Shown here: piece by piece, positions 1 to 14,103 of the stretch | Numbering within the stretch: position 1 is the first letter of the stretch | Layout of the letters: each line of letters starts with the position of its first letter | DNA from: Balanoglossus misakiensis | Taxonomy: Eukaryota; Animalia; Hemichordata | Length of the DNA stretch: 64,000 nucleotides | Direction: 5' to 3' | NCBI GenBank assembly: GCA_040954595.2 | Contig: CM082581.2 | Coordinates: 14,313,350-14,377,349, forward strand | Notes under the pieces: generated by a model | Seen by the model: the letters and a program-made list of their open reading frames with translations, nothing else | The model's database searches: none | What the model was told of the DNA's origin: nothing | Position numbers and translations under genes: made by a program

Positions 1-3000
1 ACTGTGGTTTAAGACCTATACCTGTCATTTCATGTTGCCTTCACATACTCACCGAGTCACCGAGATACAAATTCAAGGGAATATGAAATTTTGTGTATGA
101 CTGATTATTTAAGGCACAAAATGTGAGCAAAGTCCATTATACACATTATACATTGTGAGTACATCTACATGTACATGAACTAATACTAGTTTGAAAGCAA
201 AATCCTGAAATGTGCTGAAAGTTGTGGCTCATGGGCCTTGTAAAAATAAGAAATTTGAAATGGCACAGAACACTTTGATATTTCAGAAAGGTACTGAAAA
301 TGTAATTCGGTCTTCCCACCCCCTCCCTGCAGCAAAATAGCTTTCCAGGGCTTCATTATAGAAATATGATCCATAACATAATCTGGCAAATTGCTTTCCA
401 AATAAGAGTGAAAACAAATATCTCTGAACACTTGAAACACGTACAGTTTGTCGTGGCCAATTTACGTTTCAGAATTTCACTCAACCCTTGAATTCTGAAA
501 TTTTTCCCTGGCATTATTTTTTTCTCAGTGCAATTACTGGATATTTTCCGATGCATGGCTCCAAGACAACTAGAATATCAGATAGCATGATATTTCAAGA
601 TATCTTGTTGTGACTTAATATCTATGACACAGCGTACGCTTTCATGGGTAATGTTTCTGTGAGCTTCTGAGCTATGCCATCTGACTGAAAATAATTCTCA
701 GTTAAAAATTGGCTGTTCATTACAAATGTATGTCTCAATTTTTATTACTGCTGATGAGTATTTTCCATTTTGAATAAGAAATAGACATAAAATTTCTACA
801 GGGCTGCACACATTCAGTGTTGTAACTATGTGCATTTACAGTGCATTGAAATCTCCTAATCATGTACATGTACAAATAATACAAACATGGGGAGTTAGAA
901 ATTAAATTAGTCTGCACAAGTAAGCACATTGCTTCAGGTACCTCCACTGTGAATTTAAAAAATCCAGTGCTCTTTTCAATACAAAACAACAGTGCTAAAT
1001 TTTTGTTCATTCTCTCACTGCAGTCAGTGGGAGTTGAGCTAACAATCGTGACTCAAACTTCATATTCAAAATGTGTAGACAGTGAGTCAAAAACATCAGA
1101 AATGATTTATTGGTCACAAATAGATAGATTAACACGACTGGGACTCAGACAAATCATAATTTGTTGCGCAATGCACACACAATCACTAAACTTGATTCTT
1201 TGCATCCTGGAAAACATGATGCTGCTGCTACGGGCTGCGACATGATGTGAATTCCTAACGCTGATCACAACCCATCCAGCAATGGCTGTCAAGTTATCGG
1301 CTGACTGTATAATGGCCATGAATCATCACAGCCAATGCTGTTAATGGAAAGCGATGGTAAGAAATAGTCCTCAGCCGCCAACTGTCTTGTTGCCCTCAAA
1401 GGTCAAGTGAGGGCACTGCAACCTTGAAAACTAATCAGGCTATTGTCTGAAACATTTATCATAGATCACAAACACAAGTTACACTCCCCTCACATGTCAA
1501 TGTCAAGAACTATAGATATCATCTTTAAATTATTTCCCTTAGCAAACTGTGCAAGAGGTATAATTTAAATCTTTCTCATGAAATATCACTTATACATGTA
1601 TTGCCATTATACTGCCAGAAGTGCATCAATTATGAAAGGAAAGTTTAAAATGGTATTTCCCTTTCATAAGAAAATGTAACACTATACTGACCGACAACAT
1701 GCTACTGTTAAAATTGAGAATTACTAAGTACATCAATATTGCCAGTATACTAGTGATGGTAAAACCTGATTCAGGAATCTTTATTTTGATATTCTCATGA
1801 TCCAACATAAAAATTACAACCACGTTCACTGTGTTTAAGCAATGCATCTTCATATAGAAAGAAGGAAGTCTGGGGAATGGCTATATCAGAATATTATTGC
1901 CAGATATGAATGATCAGTCACAATACACTGTTTATGAATTCTGAACAAACAGACAGACAACATAGATACAGTTCATATGATGTTTCCATGGCGATATTGC
2001 AACTTGCAAGTAGTAAATACCCAGATGTATCCACACATGCCCGCCACTGCATGATTTACCAGGCATAGAGGGAAGCCCCTCTTTGAAACAAGCAACCAAG
2101 CAGATCGGTTATCCTCCATGACAGGTTTAATCACAAAGGCAGATCAGGCAATGAACATCCCTAGACTCCATCAAAAAGATCACATCTGATTCGCCATTTT
2201 ACAGAGTAAACCACAGATGTGAAATGAATAATATGCATCAAGGGGGCCCATCAAGTAGGTGTGACCGACCTTTGAAGGGTTGCATGAGAGAGCTATATCT
2301 GAAAGTAGACCTTGTTTATGTCTCTGGAGGTGACAGGATATTTGAAAACCATACACAAGGTCAAAATATGCCATATAATATAATTACTGTCCTCATGAAA
2401 CACTGTTGAAAGGACACGTACTTCAGTACTTCATGTTGGCAAGCATTCACCTTGCCATGACTCCCAATAATAAAATTACGTGTTGAGAACTCATTTCATA
2501 CTTTATAGACTTGATTCTGTTCCCTAAATGCATAAATGCACATTAATATCACTAATGCGAACTGTCAAATTCAATTTTTTTTAAACCATAATGTTGTACA
2601 TGTACTAGTAAGGGCCAGTCTCAAACTTCAAGAGTTGACGTCATTGGAATGATAGAAAGTACACTGTCAGTTTGTGTATGACTTGGATAAAAGTTTCAAA
2701 TAGAGCATAGTGTTGTGTTTTTTCCTAATACAGGAAAATGGTTGTACAGGTACATGTATACTTGTATTAACTTTAGTCATACTGATCAGACAACTGAAGA
2801 TAATTTATACTTCACACACAAAATGATACATTTTTGAGGACCCCTTTCTTCTATTTTGACAACTGATAATGGTAATCACTGTTACCACATCAGAATTCCC
2901 TCCAAGTCAGTGTCACAGTCTGACACTTGCCAACTCAATGACATCCTTACATCCGCCTGTTACACTTTCATTATACTGCCTACATACAATGTGAGATGAC

Positions 3001-5599
3001 AGATTTGTCTTGTAGCTATATGTAACTAAAGTTGACATATACATGAGTTTAGTAATGTACCCAAACACTTTCTGAACAGGTGTGGCAAATGATGACATTC
3101 CATGTCACAGACTCAAGACATCCAATCCCGCAAATATTTCATGAAAACAGGAAAAGGAAGAGAATCTCTTGGAGGGGACAGTTCTCAGAACAAACACCCA
3201 AGACATCCTCGGACGTATTCCATGAACAGTCCACTGACTTTGAATGTCAATATATGTCTACTATTGATTTCACCAGTAAGTGTAAAATTACCTTTCCTCC
3301 AAGGTTCTGAGGAAAACCTTGCTTACACTGAAAACAGAACGCTCCTTAATAATTTAAGATGTCATTATAGGATTTACATGTACATGAGTTTACTTGTAAA
3401 GGAAACACATGTTTAACACACAATTCCTAATATGGAAATAAACATATCCTATGTCCAGAGACCTTGATCTCTGGCCTTGTCCAGAAGAAGCTTTTCCTGA
3501 TAAAAAAACTCAGTCTTATGTATATCCCATTACATCTCATCCATGAATGGCTAAAGAAACAATTGGCTACACAATCACATATATTGACAGACAGCAAAGC
3601 TTAGGGGCCTAGCAAAGGGTTGATTACGAAATGTTACGGCAAGGCAAGTTTGTGTGCACAATCACCTCCAATGACCAGACATTGGATTGACATTGTCCCT
3701 TTCTCTCTCTCCCTCCCTCCTCCTCTTTCCTTCCTTCCTTGCTTCCTCCTTGTCTCTTTATGTGAAATACTTAGCTATCGGGTCTGTATTTCCAGTCAGC
3801 TGTGTGTCCAACTCGATCATCATCTGTTAATTAATTCTCTGGGCTTGCACAGTCAAAAAGGTGTTGACCCAAGACCAAGTCTCCAAGCAGAATCTGTGGC
3901 ATATGATTGATATCTCATAACCCAGGACTTAACACATGATTGGAAGGCTAACTCTGATGAGGGTACACAGACACTCAATCATCCTAGTTATTATAAATGT
4001 TTTATGCTTAGAAACTTGAAAGAATTACAATTTACAAGCAAAGCCAATGATCATACTGGTAGCATGGGATATGCTAATAACAGTTATAAATCTTAGGTTG
4101 ATTCTAAGCTAACTGAAAGAGACAGTAACAGCTACGTATACAAGTAAGCAGTGATTCACAACAGATTATCAAACAGGCACCGCAGCTAGCCAACATGTGA
4201 ACAATGTTTATGAAAGTATCACTGTAACTAGTGTAAGTAAAAGTAGATTTTCTGAGTACGAAAGGTTCATTTCTGCCAGTAACTTGCTATAGTTCAGCAA
4301 CAAACATGTACAAGGGTTGAAATGGAACAAAAGGATGTGAAAGCAACTACCAGCTCATCAATGGCAAACACATGTAACTTACTAAGCACAGAGAGATGGG
4401 AGAGACACGGTCACAGAACCACACACTGTTTGTTCATCTGCATTTCATGCAGGAGACAGACTTTCAACAAGAGGTTTTATTGACAAGTTCAACTGTTCTG
4501 TTATTTTTTCAATCAAAACACCTCTGTTACAAAATCCCTGCTCAGTCAATTACTGCCTGGTTCTATTTATAACAGTGGTGATGGATCCAAAATAATCAGA
4601 GGTAATTACTTCATTTAATGAATCAACACAACTGATTACAAATTTCATTAGCTGAAAACATTAAATCATCAATGAGATCCCTGTACCCAGAATTGTAACC
4701 GTTTTTCTTTCACTGCACTGTGTTTAATCACCACAGTTCATACAACTGTCAATATCTTGGGTATGATTAATGAAAATTATCATGAATACGCTCCCATGTA
4801 ATTAACCTTGTCATTTGGTTGTAGGTATGATACTCCTTGAAATGAATCCCATTTTTCATGGAACTGGCAGGGAGGAATTGTGGGAATTTTTTGCTTTTTG
4901 CACAAATGAAAAAGCCAGCTCAGTTGACCAATGCAGAATATTTCCATATACAGTACTTCTCAAGAATAATATAACTTGTGAAACTATCTGTTGCCCGTCT
5001 CTTCCAATTGACTCCACTTCATCTGATAAACACTGATGACAACTATCTGGACACAAACAAATCAATACTTCAGTATAAGTATCATGGCCCCAAGATAAGA
5101 ATACAGACCCAATGGATACTCTTGCCACTGGCATGGATATGGCCAGGCACACATGTCAAAGGTCAGCCCAAAATGGCTGTGAGTATCTATTAGATCACCT
5201 TGTATAATGCGTATTATCATGCAGGGCTGTGCACTTGTATGTAAAGTGTAATTTACAATGTAGGTGTGTTGCCACAGAGAAATGATCATCTGAGTAGAGC
5301 TAATACTATTGCTACAACATGAACTTGTAAGTCTGATACTGTCAGTGGACTGCATGGTGTTCGTAATGACCCACAGATGACTACCACATGCACATGAATA
5401 AACAATCTGGCTATTACAAGATGCATGACATTCATAACTGGGATGATGTACACTCCATCATTACAGCTGACATCATGCTGTGACAAGAGCTATTTCAATT
5501 CACATAGCGTGCATTACAGTGACTGCAGTCCTGGTTGTGGAACTCGGCTGGAGTTATCCAGCCAAGACATTATCCAGACAATGATCCAGACAATTTACC

Positions 5600-5630
5600 A
5601 TTTAGCCACGGTTACTAACCGTGATTTAGC
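5600..5630. mobile_element. Probable excision footprint of the CACGGTTACTAG-TIR (P-like) element: ATTTAGC + CACGGTTACTAACCGTG + ATTTAGC
   Basis: Exact 7-bp direct repeats (5600-5606, 5624-5630) flank 17 bp made of the left and right termini of the element at 49548-50401, joined at a TA microhomology. Confidence 0.8.
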
Positions 5631-8245
5631 ACACCCTGTGTTTACCAAGCTGGCTATTCACAGGGGAGTATGTTCTCTGTTTGGATTGCACTTGACAGGA
5701 GTTCTTCAAAAGAAGACCTGAGGATCTTGGGGTCACCACACAATGGCCGACTGATGGAGGACTACACACCCACCCCTTTTAGCCTGAATGCAGGGTGTGT
5801 ACTCTAGACTGTGGACAATACCCCAAGTGAGATTTTACTGGCCGCTTTTGTGCAGATTTATACACAGTGACAACAAAATGATCCAAACTTAGCCACCCGG
5901 ATACTCACAAGCTGAAACTGTAGAACTCAATGGAAGCAATGATGCCTAACAGCTATGCTATTGACATGATTAATCATGCTAGTGACCAGTAAGCCAGATT
6001 CTGTAAATAAACATTGCTGTGGTGCCGGTAGAGTGTCTATGGATTTATTCTCAGAACTGATACAAAGAAACATGTGTTTGGCTGGGATCTGCTTACTTTT
6101 ACGTCAGAAAACAGGAAACATAACTAGCAATTAATCTGTCCAGAAGGAGAAGCTTGTCAGGCTCTGCCAACTATTGTATGTATACACCTGACTGTAATTT
6201 TTTCTACATTATGTCCCCATGTGAAAATTTACCTGCAAAATCTACGAAAAGAGCATGTAGGCAGGAAGCTGTTAATTTTCCCCATCCCGCAATATCTGAC
6301 AGAAACGTGAATTATATTTTTAACACAAACCCTTTGTTTTCTAAATCTGGTAAAGAGAATACCGGTATTCAGGATGATGTTATCATATCTGGAAGGAAGC
6401 AGGACTTTTGCTGTGAAGGTCAAATAATGCTATGATTTTTTTTCTGGGTCACTGTTAGCCTATTATTAGTCTGCCGGCTTGTCTTGGCTCTCCCACAAAG
6501 ACATATACCCAAAACATACATTTGTAAACTGTGTTGCAGTTCACGTTTTCAAATAAGTTGGGATAAAATCAAATGTTAAATGAAAACTTGACAAAACGAG
6601 TGATAGGAAGGGTTGCCGCTAGCCTACATCTATGCATATTTTGTCCGCTAGGCTAGGTTGCCGCCAGGCCACTGGCACTCAAAACTTTCTAAATTTCTGT
6701 TAGTATTAGATTGTAGAACAAATGCAATTTAGATTTCGTGGTGTTAGAGATTCACTTGTTACATTTTAGTCAACTCATCTCTCTTTGTGTCATATAATCA
6801 GTTTGCAATTGGTTTCTTCCAACCTGTTTCAAACAGCGTATCGCAACACAACTCATATTTGAGTATACTATAATTGTTAAAATTGCCACATCCCAACAAT
6901 TGGTCACTCAAGAAAGTAACCTGATCCCTTGCAATGAATACAATAACTCAATAACTTCTTCTACTCATTCTGTATTCTTGTTTGGTGTCAAAAGGTTACT
7001 CTTTTGTACTTACTGAAACAGCTGTTGATATATCTCTCTTCTGTTTACCTTCTAGACGATGAGGTTCAAAAATTTCATAATGATGTAATTTTCCTATCTG
7101 TTTGCTGAAAGTGGATTTTGCACTGATAGCATCTGAAAGATGAAAACAAATGCAATTGTTATAAGTTTCCAAGAAAGCATTCTACAGGACGACTCGTCCA
7201 CAAGCAGGATCCCTGTGACTCACGCCAAATACTAGTAACTTTCAATGAACAATACAGTTCGGACAAATCGATCCCTTCACGACAAATTGAGTCATATGGT
7301 TAGGTAAATTAACTGCTGCAGTGTTGTGGCTTGAGATTTTGCCTGGGATTGGATGTTGGTACAGAAACATGTCTTGTAGCTGTGGTAATGTGCCAGCTGT
7401 ACCGTTGGGGGGGGGGGGGGGCTGCCCCTCCCCCAAAGGTACATGCTGCAGCTGCATTACCACAGCAACATGTCTTGCCGTCCACACACTGCACACAATA
7501 CCAGGTAAAACCTGAAGCTACAATACTGCAGTTACTATGATGATAAAACTATCTTCTTTTTCTTAGTGATTTTATAATAAAAATAAATCAAAATACTGAA
7601 CTTCTGGAAGTGAAAAATTTGGCACCCGTTGTGAATTATACATTGGTAAATTGACTTCCACTGCAATTTTCTTTTCAGAAACTATTGAACAAACGCCACA
7701 TTCGACTCTCTCTGTAAACAACAATGTTGTCTTGTTCGTCAACAAACAAGTGGACAATGACACTAGCATTCACACACACACAGCGCGAACAAATTTACTC
7801 AAGAATGGGGCAGTGAGCGCAGGCTGTTTATTGAAACTCGGCTCATATATTTGATTATCACATATGTCATCCGACTACTGCACAGTCTGTAGTGATTCAC
7901 GCAAGGCCTGCACGTTCTCAGAGGGTCAAAGTCAGTGACGTCTATCTTGTCTTCGGAGAAGCTGGTGAACCATTTCGTGAAAAATAACTCGAACAAAAGC
8001 ATTATTTACATGACAATTGACCCAATTCACACATCTCCTCAATGTGTTAATTATGTAGAATAATACCAATTCTCTGCACTACGTCTCTCGCCAGCGATTG
8101 AACTAGGTTTCGCAAGCTTTTTCTATGTAGTAAGAACTAAACTACAGATGGACTATGTAACCTCCAATTTAAATAGTAAACACACTGATAGAAACCCCAC
8201 GAAATCGGTCACTCCAACCGAAACATAAACAGGTACACTACTTAC

Positions 8246-8315
8246 CAAAAAATAAATCACCAGATACTAGAAGTGACAGGAAAAAGACCAGGAAAGGTGT
8301 AAAAACGTTGTCCAT
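8246..8315 (-). CDS. Putative first coding exon (signal-peptide-like) of an unknown minus-strand gene continuing leftwards
   Basis: caacATGg start, MDNVFTPFLVFFLSLLVSGDLFF (hydrophobic core), then a phase-1 GTAAGT donor. Lies next to a CpG-richer region with a CRE (TGACGTCA 8401-8408). No downstream exon could be confidently linked. Confidence 0.4.
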
Positions 8316-8339
8316 GTTGAAAAGCTCATCCGTCGACTG

Positions 8340-9900
8340 GCAAACTAATCTCCGCCTTCAAGTAATCGTGTATTCGACTTCCGTCAGCTTTAGTATCAAA
8401 TGACGTCACAGATTGATCAAATATCGTTGTTGGTGGCGCTACACAAGTCGAGCAAAGTGCAAAAAAACAGGCAAAAACGTATTGAAACTTCGCTAATTAA
8501 TTCGAATCTTTTGCCGTTTTCTTTTTCGAGATCAACAAAATAAAACTGGGGTTAATATGCCAATTTTAGATCAGAATGTTAAATTAAAATGTACCAATAG
8601 TTGGTTAAAAACTAGTGTAATCAAAATGTTTGTCTCGAAAGTGAAACTAAATTAAGATATCATACATAACATTTTATACTTGTGTTTCATTTTGAAAACA
8701 GATATTTGGAATATCACAACCCCATGTTGAGTTCCCCATTCTCTTTGTAAGCACGCAATTCCTTACATAAAACGTCCATCAAAGAGGATACCGGATTCGT
8801 GACTAGGATATGATGAGTTCCTGACCCAGGCTTTTCACCTTGATGTCGTGCCCGTGAACAGGGTTCTTTTTCTTCCCATCGTATCTTCCTTCCACAGGAA
8901 GTGATGGGTACAAAATCCTGTTGCTGTTATTGGGTGTCAAGTGATAAGCCCTAAATTAATTTGTATTATTGGGGCTCAGTATTAAAGGAATGTTATAAAA
9001 TTAGAGGTACATGTATACATAAGAATATTTACACTAGAAAATCCTTTATAATATTGTTCTATTATGGTTTTCCACATATAAAACATTGGCAGATGTACCA
9101 AACAACCAAACAGAGTAATGTCCTCCAGCTGGTCTAGTCACAGAGCAACTCTGGCAGAAACTTTGTTTTGAAATCAATGTTACAAAAATACTCATATGGA
9201 GAGAAATCGGACAATTTGCTGATGCGATAAAGTATAAATGAAATAAACATGAGGAATCGCATTTTAATGTTTTTGGTTCGGTGTTTAAGTGAAACAATGT
9301 TCGATGTTAATAATGCGCAACAGAACTTGTGTGGAATTTTCAGTTAAATAGTGAGAAATTACCATCTTTTGGTGGTACATATATTTAGCGTCTCGATCAT
9401 CCCAAGCATAATATGGCCGCATGGAGGCGCTCTCATCAGCAAAATTATCCAAGTCCGGAAGTGGACAAATTATTCTTCAGGAAGTACACTGTGAGTGGCG
9501 AGTCGGGTTACTCATTGTGATTCGGTTGATTCATGTAAAGTGAAGCTGTTAAAAGTTAGCGGTCAACGTTTTAGATTATCGTAGGACGTCAACTGCCTCC
9601 CGCGATTCTATCAAAATTTGTACGCCGCGTCATGATCGTCACGATCACGACTTGAGAGCTGGACGCAAACCGCCGAGTGAGTCACCGCATTCACGTACAC
9701 CTGATGACGTGCAATATACCTGCTGCAGGCTACAGTATCATCGACGCATCCTCCTACGAACTGTGTGAGTGGTGAGACTGGTGACGTCTTGTCGTGGAGT
9801 TCGGTTGGAAATCGTATGACAAAGCCGATGTCTGTTTAATTCGCGTCTAACAGAAATCGATCATGACGTGCTTTTCAAGTTGCTGCGTTATGACATTGAC
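8340..9900. promoter_or_regulatory. CpG-enriched divergent promoter region (unknown gene <- -> MFSD13A)
   Basis: Local CpG enrichment at about 8330-8450 and 9390-9900, full CRE at 8401-8408, ETS-type CCGGAAGT near 9456, several TGACGT half sites. Confidence 0.45.
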
Positions 9901-10101
9901 ATCAGTGAAGCAAAAGTATTCCAATTCCATTGCCACTTCCAGTTAAGGTCGATGCCCACCAATATATATTGCAACCTTCGTATTTGTAAGACTGGAACGA
10001 ACATGAACTTTGCTCAATCATCTCTGAAAAAGTAACAGATTGCCACATCAGCACACGTTTTGATATTCGAAAAGAGGACCGATCACAGTTTATACAGAGA
10101 A

Positions 10102-13100
10102 ATGGTAGCCATGGCGACAAAGACGTCCTCTCTCGGATTGTACTATGGATCCTTGTCGTTGTTTTTATCCATAACGCATAATGTCTTTCTTCTGTATTAT
10201 GTGGAGATGTTTGTATCCGTCTACAAAATAGACAAACTTTCCTTCTGGGTGGGTGAGGTAAGTCATAAAAATATAGAACACCAAAAATAGTATATTAGGA
10301 AAGTTGCTGATTTAATATTCCTGTCCGGTATCAGCCCCATGATTATGCCAAAATATAATCATCTCCGTCTAAATATTTTAAGCAGTAAATTATGATGAGC
10401 CGAGAATCTTCCCTCCCATATGGTCATCTGCTGTCCATGGCATATGAGTGCTATTGTACCAGGTTGTACTTCAGCCAACTCTGGACACTCATATTATCAG
10501 CAGCTGCAGTATAGGATGATGTTTAGCAAGGAATTTTGACGGAAGCATATGGTGTATTTTAAACATTTGTATCCATTCCATATGGAAGTGTTTGGAATTT
10601 AGTTTAGTACAAACAGATGAAATGATTGAAAAAATCTTTTACTTCATTGTTTAGCATACACTAATTTTATGACCACAAAGTCATCAGTACACTGTGTGAC
10701 TATTATATTCTGTGATCACCTTGGCTTCATAACGTAACCAACACCAACATATGAATTTATTCATCACAGGGCTGACACATACTAAAACTGTGGAAACCAA
10801 CCATATGTTACAAAAATGTACACATGTATTTATCACAATACAAATTTCTTTTCCCAAACAACTGGAAATATGTAAAATCGTTGCCTTTCAAGCAAACAAT
10901 AAAATTTGTATTCATGACTCTTTGCCTTTAGCAGGAAAATATTCATTTGCACAAAATATTGAATGTGCATGTATTTTCAATAAAATGCAGTCAATCTTGT
11001 GTTAGTGGCCACCACTATAGGCCACCTAGGCTCTATATAGTGGAGATGAACATTCAATTATTGTTCACATATGGTAATTCTTTTTGTTCTTCAGACAATA
11101 TTCCTTGTGTGGAATGCCCTAAATGATCCACTCTTTGGTTGGCTTAGTGATAGAAGCCTGCTTGCTACAGAAAGGTGGGTACAAAGGCACCTTTAACTGT
11201 AACTTTGTGACAGGTGCCCACTTGATCCCCGTGCCAATGCTTGAATTTTTTATCTGCAACATATGATTGTTGGCAAGCATAATTGTTCATATTTTAAATA
11301 TTATCATTGCTATAATATTTCTATACTCATATCATTTCCCCCAGTGAAACCAATTCGGTAAGTTATCCTGCAGTTGTGTTCAAGAGAATACGTGCCTTGT
11401 CCATCAACGGTCCCTTATTTGGTATTGCATTCTTACTGATTTGGGTGCAGTGGGCAAACCCCACCCTCCAGTTCATTGTGTGTCTGTGTCTCTACGATGG
11501 CTTCCTCACCATGTTGGATCTTCACCACACAGCCCTACTAGCCGACCTGGCACTAGCAGATTCAGAAAGGTATGTTTTATTGTCCATGGTTGTTGACGTC
11601 AATGTTTATTCTGTTTTCTCTTACAAATCACACCTGTGTGAAGACTTTTGTCCTTTTAAAATAAATTTTCAATATCAATTATTAACACAGTATTAATCTC
11701 TAACAATATATTTAAAGCTCAGTGTTGCTCTGACAGTGGTTGAGTCTAACAGCAATATGGTTTTTCCTTGCTGATTCACAATCATCATATGGCAAGTTAT
11801 GGCTCTCAGTGCTTCTGTGTGTGACCTTTGACATAGCTGTCACATATGACCTTTTGTAAATTTACCTCATGTCTGTCAATCTGTTTATTCAAGGCATATC
11901 AGAAGCCTGAAGTTATGTGACAGTTCTGCCAGGGTACAAACTAATAAGTTAATGAAAATTCACCCCTTGCGGAGATAGTGATTCTGGCTCACGAGTTCTA
12001 AGATGTCAAACTGAAAATAAAACTTCTGAACTTTGTTTTGATGTTGCAGGGCCAAGCTGAACGGCTACTGTTCTGTTTTCAGTGCCGTCGGTTGCCTGTC
12101 TGTCTTTGCATCCTATGTGTTCTGGGACAAAGACAATTTACATTCATTTCAAATGTTCTGTGTAACCATGGCAGTGGTGTCCATGGCCGGATACGTCTTT
12201 GGTGCTAAAGCTCTGAAAGAAAAGTACATTGAACTCCATAAGGAGGAGTCCATGCAGCTGTCGAGGTAAGTTAGCCATCCAGGTACAAGTGCTGTCGATC
12301 TGTAGAGTCCACCTTGAACGTGTAGGATGTACAACACCCCCCCCCCCCCCCACACACACACACACACACACCGGTAGGTTAGATATACACATTGAAGTTT
12401 AGTATGAGTATTATACAGGTAAAAAATAACTTTGTGTGTGTAATAAAATTCAAATTTTAGTTATAGTACTGTTCATATTCATTTCAATTTCAGTTTACAA
12501 ATTGAAAAAAAAGAGAAGCCACAGGTTCACAAAGAAGAAATGTCTATTAAGGAGTATGCGAAACAAGTGAAACAACACCGGAATTTTATATGGTTTGCTG
12601 GAATGAACTTTGTGCAGGTAAGTTGTAAATATGGAAATTAGACATATCATATGCGGCGATGCCTATTATAGATGGCTGTTTTGTTACACTTTGTATGGCT
12701 AAAACATTTTACTGCCAGTTCAGACTATGATCCATCTTTTCATCTGTTTACATTCCAGGTGTTTCACTGTCATTTCAACAGTAATTTTTTCCCCATATTT
12801 CTGGAGAATTTGCTTGGAAGTCACATCAGTCCTGCTACGGGATCCCTGATACTCGGCACATCGTTCATAATCCCACATATCAACAACCTGTATTTTCTGA
12901 CTCTGTGTCAGAAATATGGGGTGTACACGGTTGTGAAAGGACTTTTTATCTTCAAGTTGGCGTTGGGTATATTTATGCTGGCTGTTGGACCCGGACACAT
13001 AGTCTTATTGGGTTTCTTCATAGCTAGGTAAGATAACTTTCACAGCTATCCTCCTCCTCATCCCAACCAGTATATGCTATGAACTTGATACCGATCAAAT

Positions 13101-14103
13101 AAAAACTGGAAAAGAGTTCATCTGATTTCCCATTTGAAGTAAGATGCAACAATGAAGTATTTATGGCCAATTTGTATCCATCAAATAGCAGCCTCATTTA
13201 TGCTATTCTCAGACCTCTCTCAACTCTTTAAATTTTTCAGCAACCGTGTTTTCACCGAAGGCACTTGTAAGCTATTAAACCTTGTCATCAGTGATTTGGT
13301 AGATGAAGACTGTGTCATGAATCACAGAAAACAAGCTGTGTCAGCCCTGGTGTTTGGAACTGCGGCGCTGTTCAGTAAACCAGGCCAGACCCTGGCTCCA
13401 TTAATGGGAACATGGCTGCTCTCACTGCAAACAGGTATGATTTGTTGGTTGGTTGGTTGGTTGGTAGGGTCAGAGGTTGTAGTTTCTATGGACCCAAATT
13501 TACCGATTTGAAATTTTAAAATGTTAATTCTTCAGATAATTTCTATTTAGCTTGTACACTTTGTAGCACACAATGTGAATACTAATAGTAGATGGCCGCA
13601 ATGCAGAGGTGAAGTTTTAAAAATAAAAATGATCAGGATTTGTGGCAAGTTACATGCTTCAGTTGTGTGCAACTATCATTTGTGTGCCATGCTGGTGTAT
13701 TAATCACCAGAGATGAAGTCTATACTTGTACTCTGTTAGAGAGTTTGAATGAAGTTTAGACATATCCCCCCCCCCAGTACAGCTCCCTTCCCAGTAGCCA
13801 AGATGGACTACAATACTCGGACTACAATACACTGACTGTTAATGTGCATTTCTTTTTTTCTTTACTACTCCAGGCCATGATATTTTCCAGTCAGGCCATG
13901 ATGGCGGATCCATTCGCCTTGCTCAGGGTTTCAGTGCCGAGGAGAAGGCCAAGGTGGAATTGGGTTGTTTCCAGTGTCTGGTATTTGTGCCCATAATCTG
14001 TGCCGTACTACAACTCATAGCATGGTCTCAGTTCACACTTCATGGTCGGAGGCTGAGTTGGATAAAATCGGTCCGTGCGGGAGCTGGCTTCTCAGATGTA
14101 TGA
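10102..14103 (+). CDS. MFSD13A: MFS-type transmembrane protein MFSD13A/TMEM180 (about 497 aa, 8 coding exons)
   Basis: Exons 10102-10257, 11095-11174, 11345-11569, 12050-12265, 12494-12617, 12759-13027, 13241-13434, 13874-14103, all GT-AG and in frame. Motifs [91 protein letters not shown]. Confidence 0.93.

Noticed and set aside
7406-7422. Poly-G/poly-C tracts here and near 12336, 13766, 21634, 39987 and 52939
   Set aside because: Simple homopolymers that are common in such genomes; no shared flanks indicating a distinct element.
7799-8002. 67-aa ORF (DKIDVTDFDPLRTCRPC) as exon 2 of the signal-peptide gene
   Set aside because: The best acceptor (CAG) gives the wrong phase and a stop, and there is no convincing donor. 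Left unassigned.
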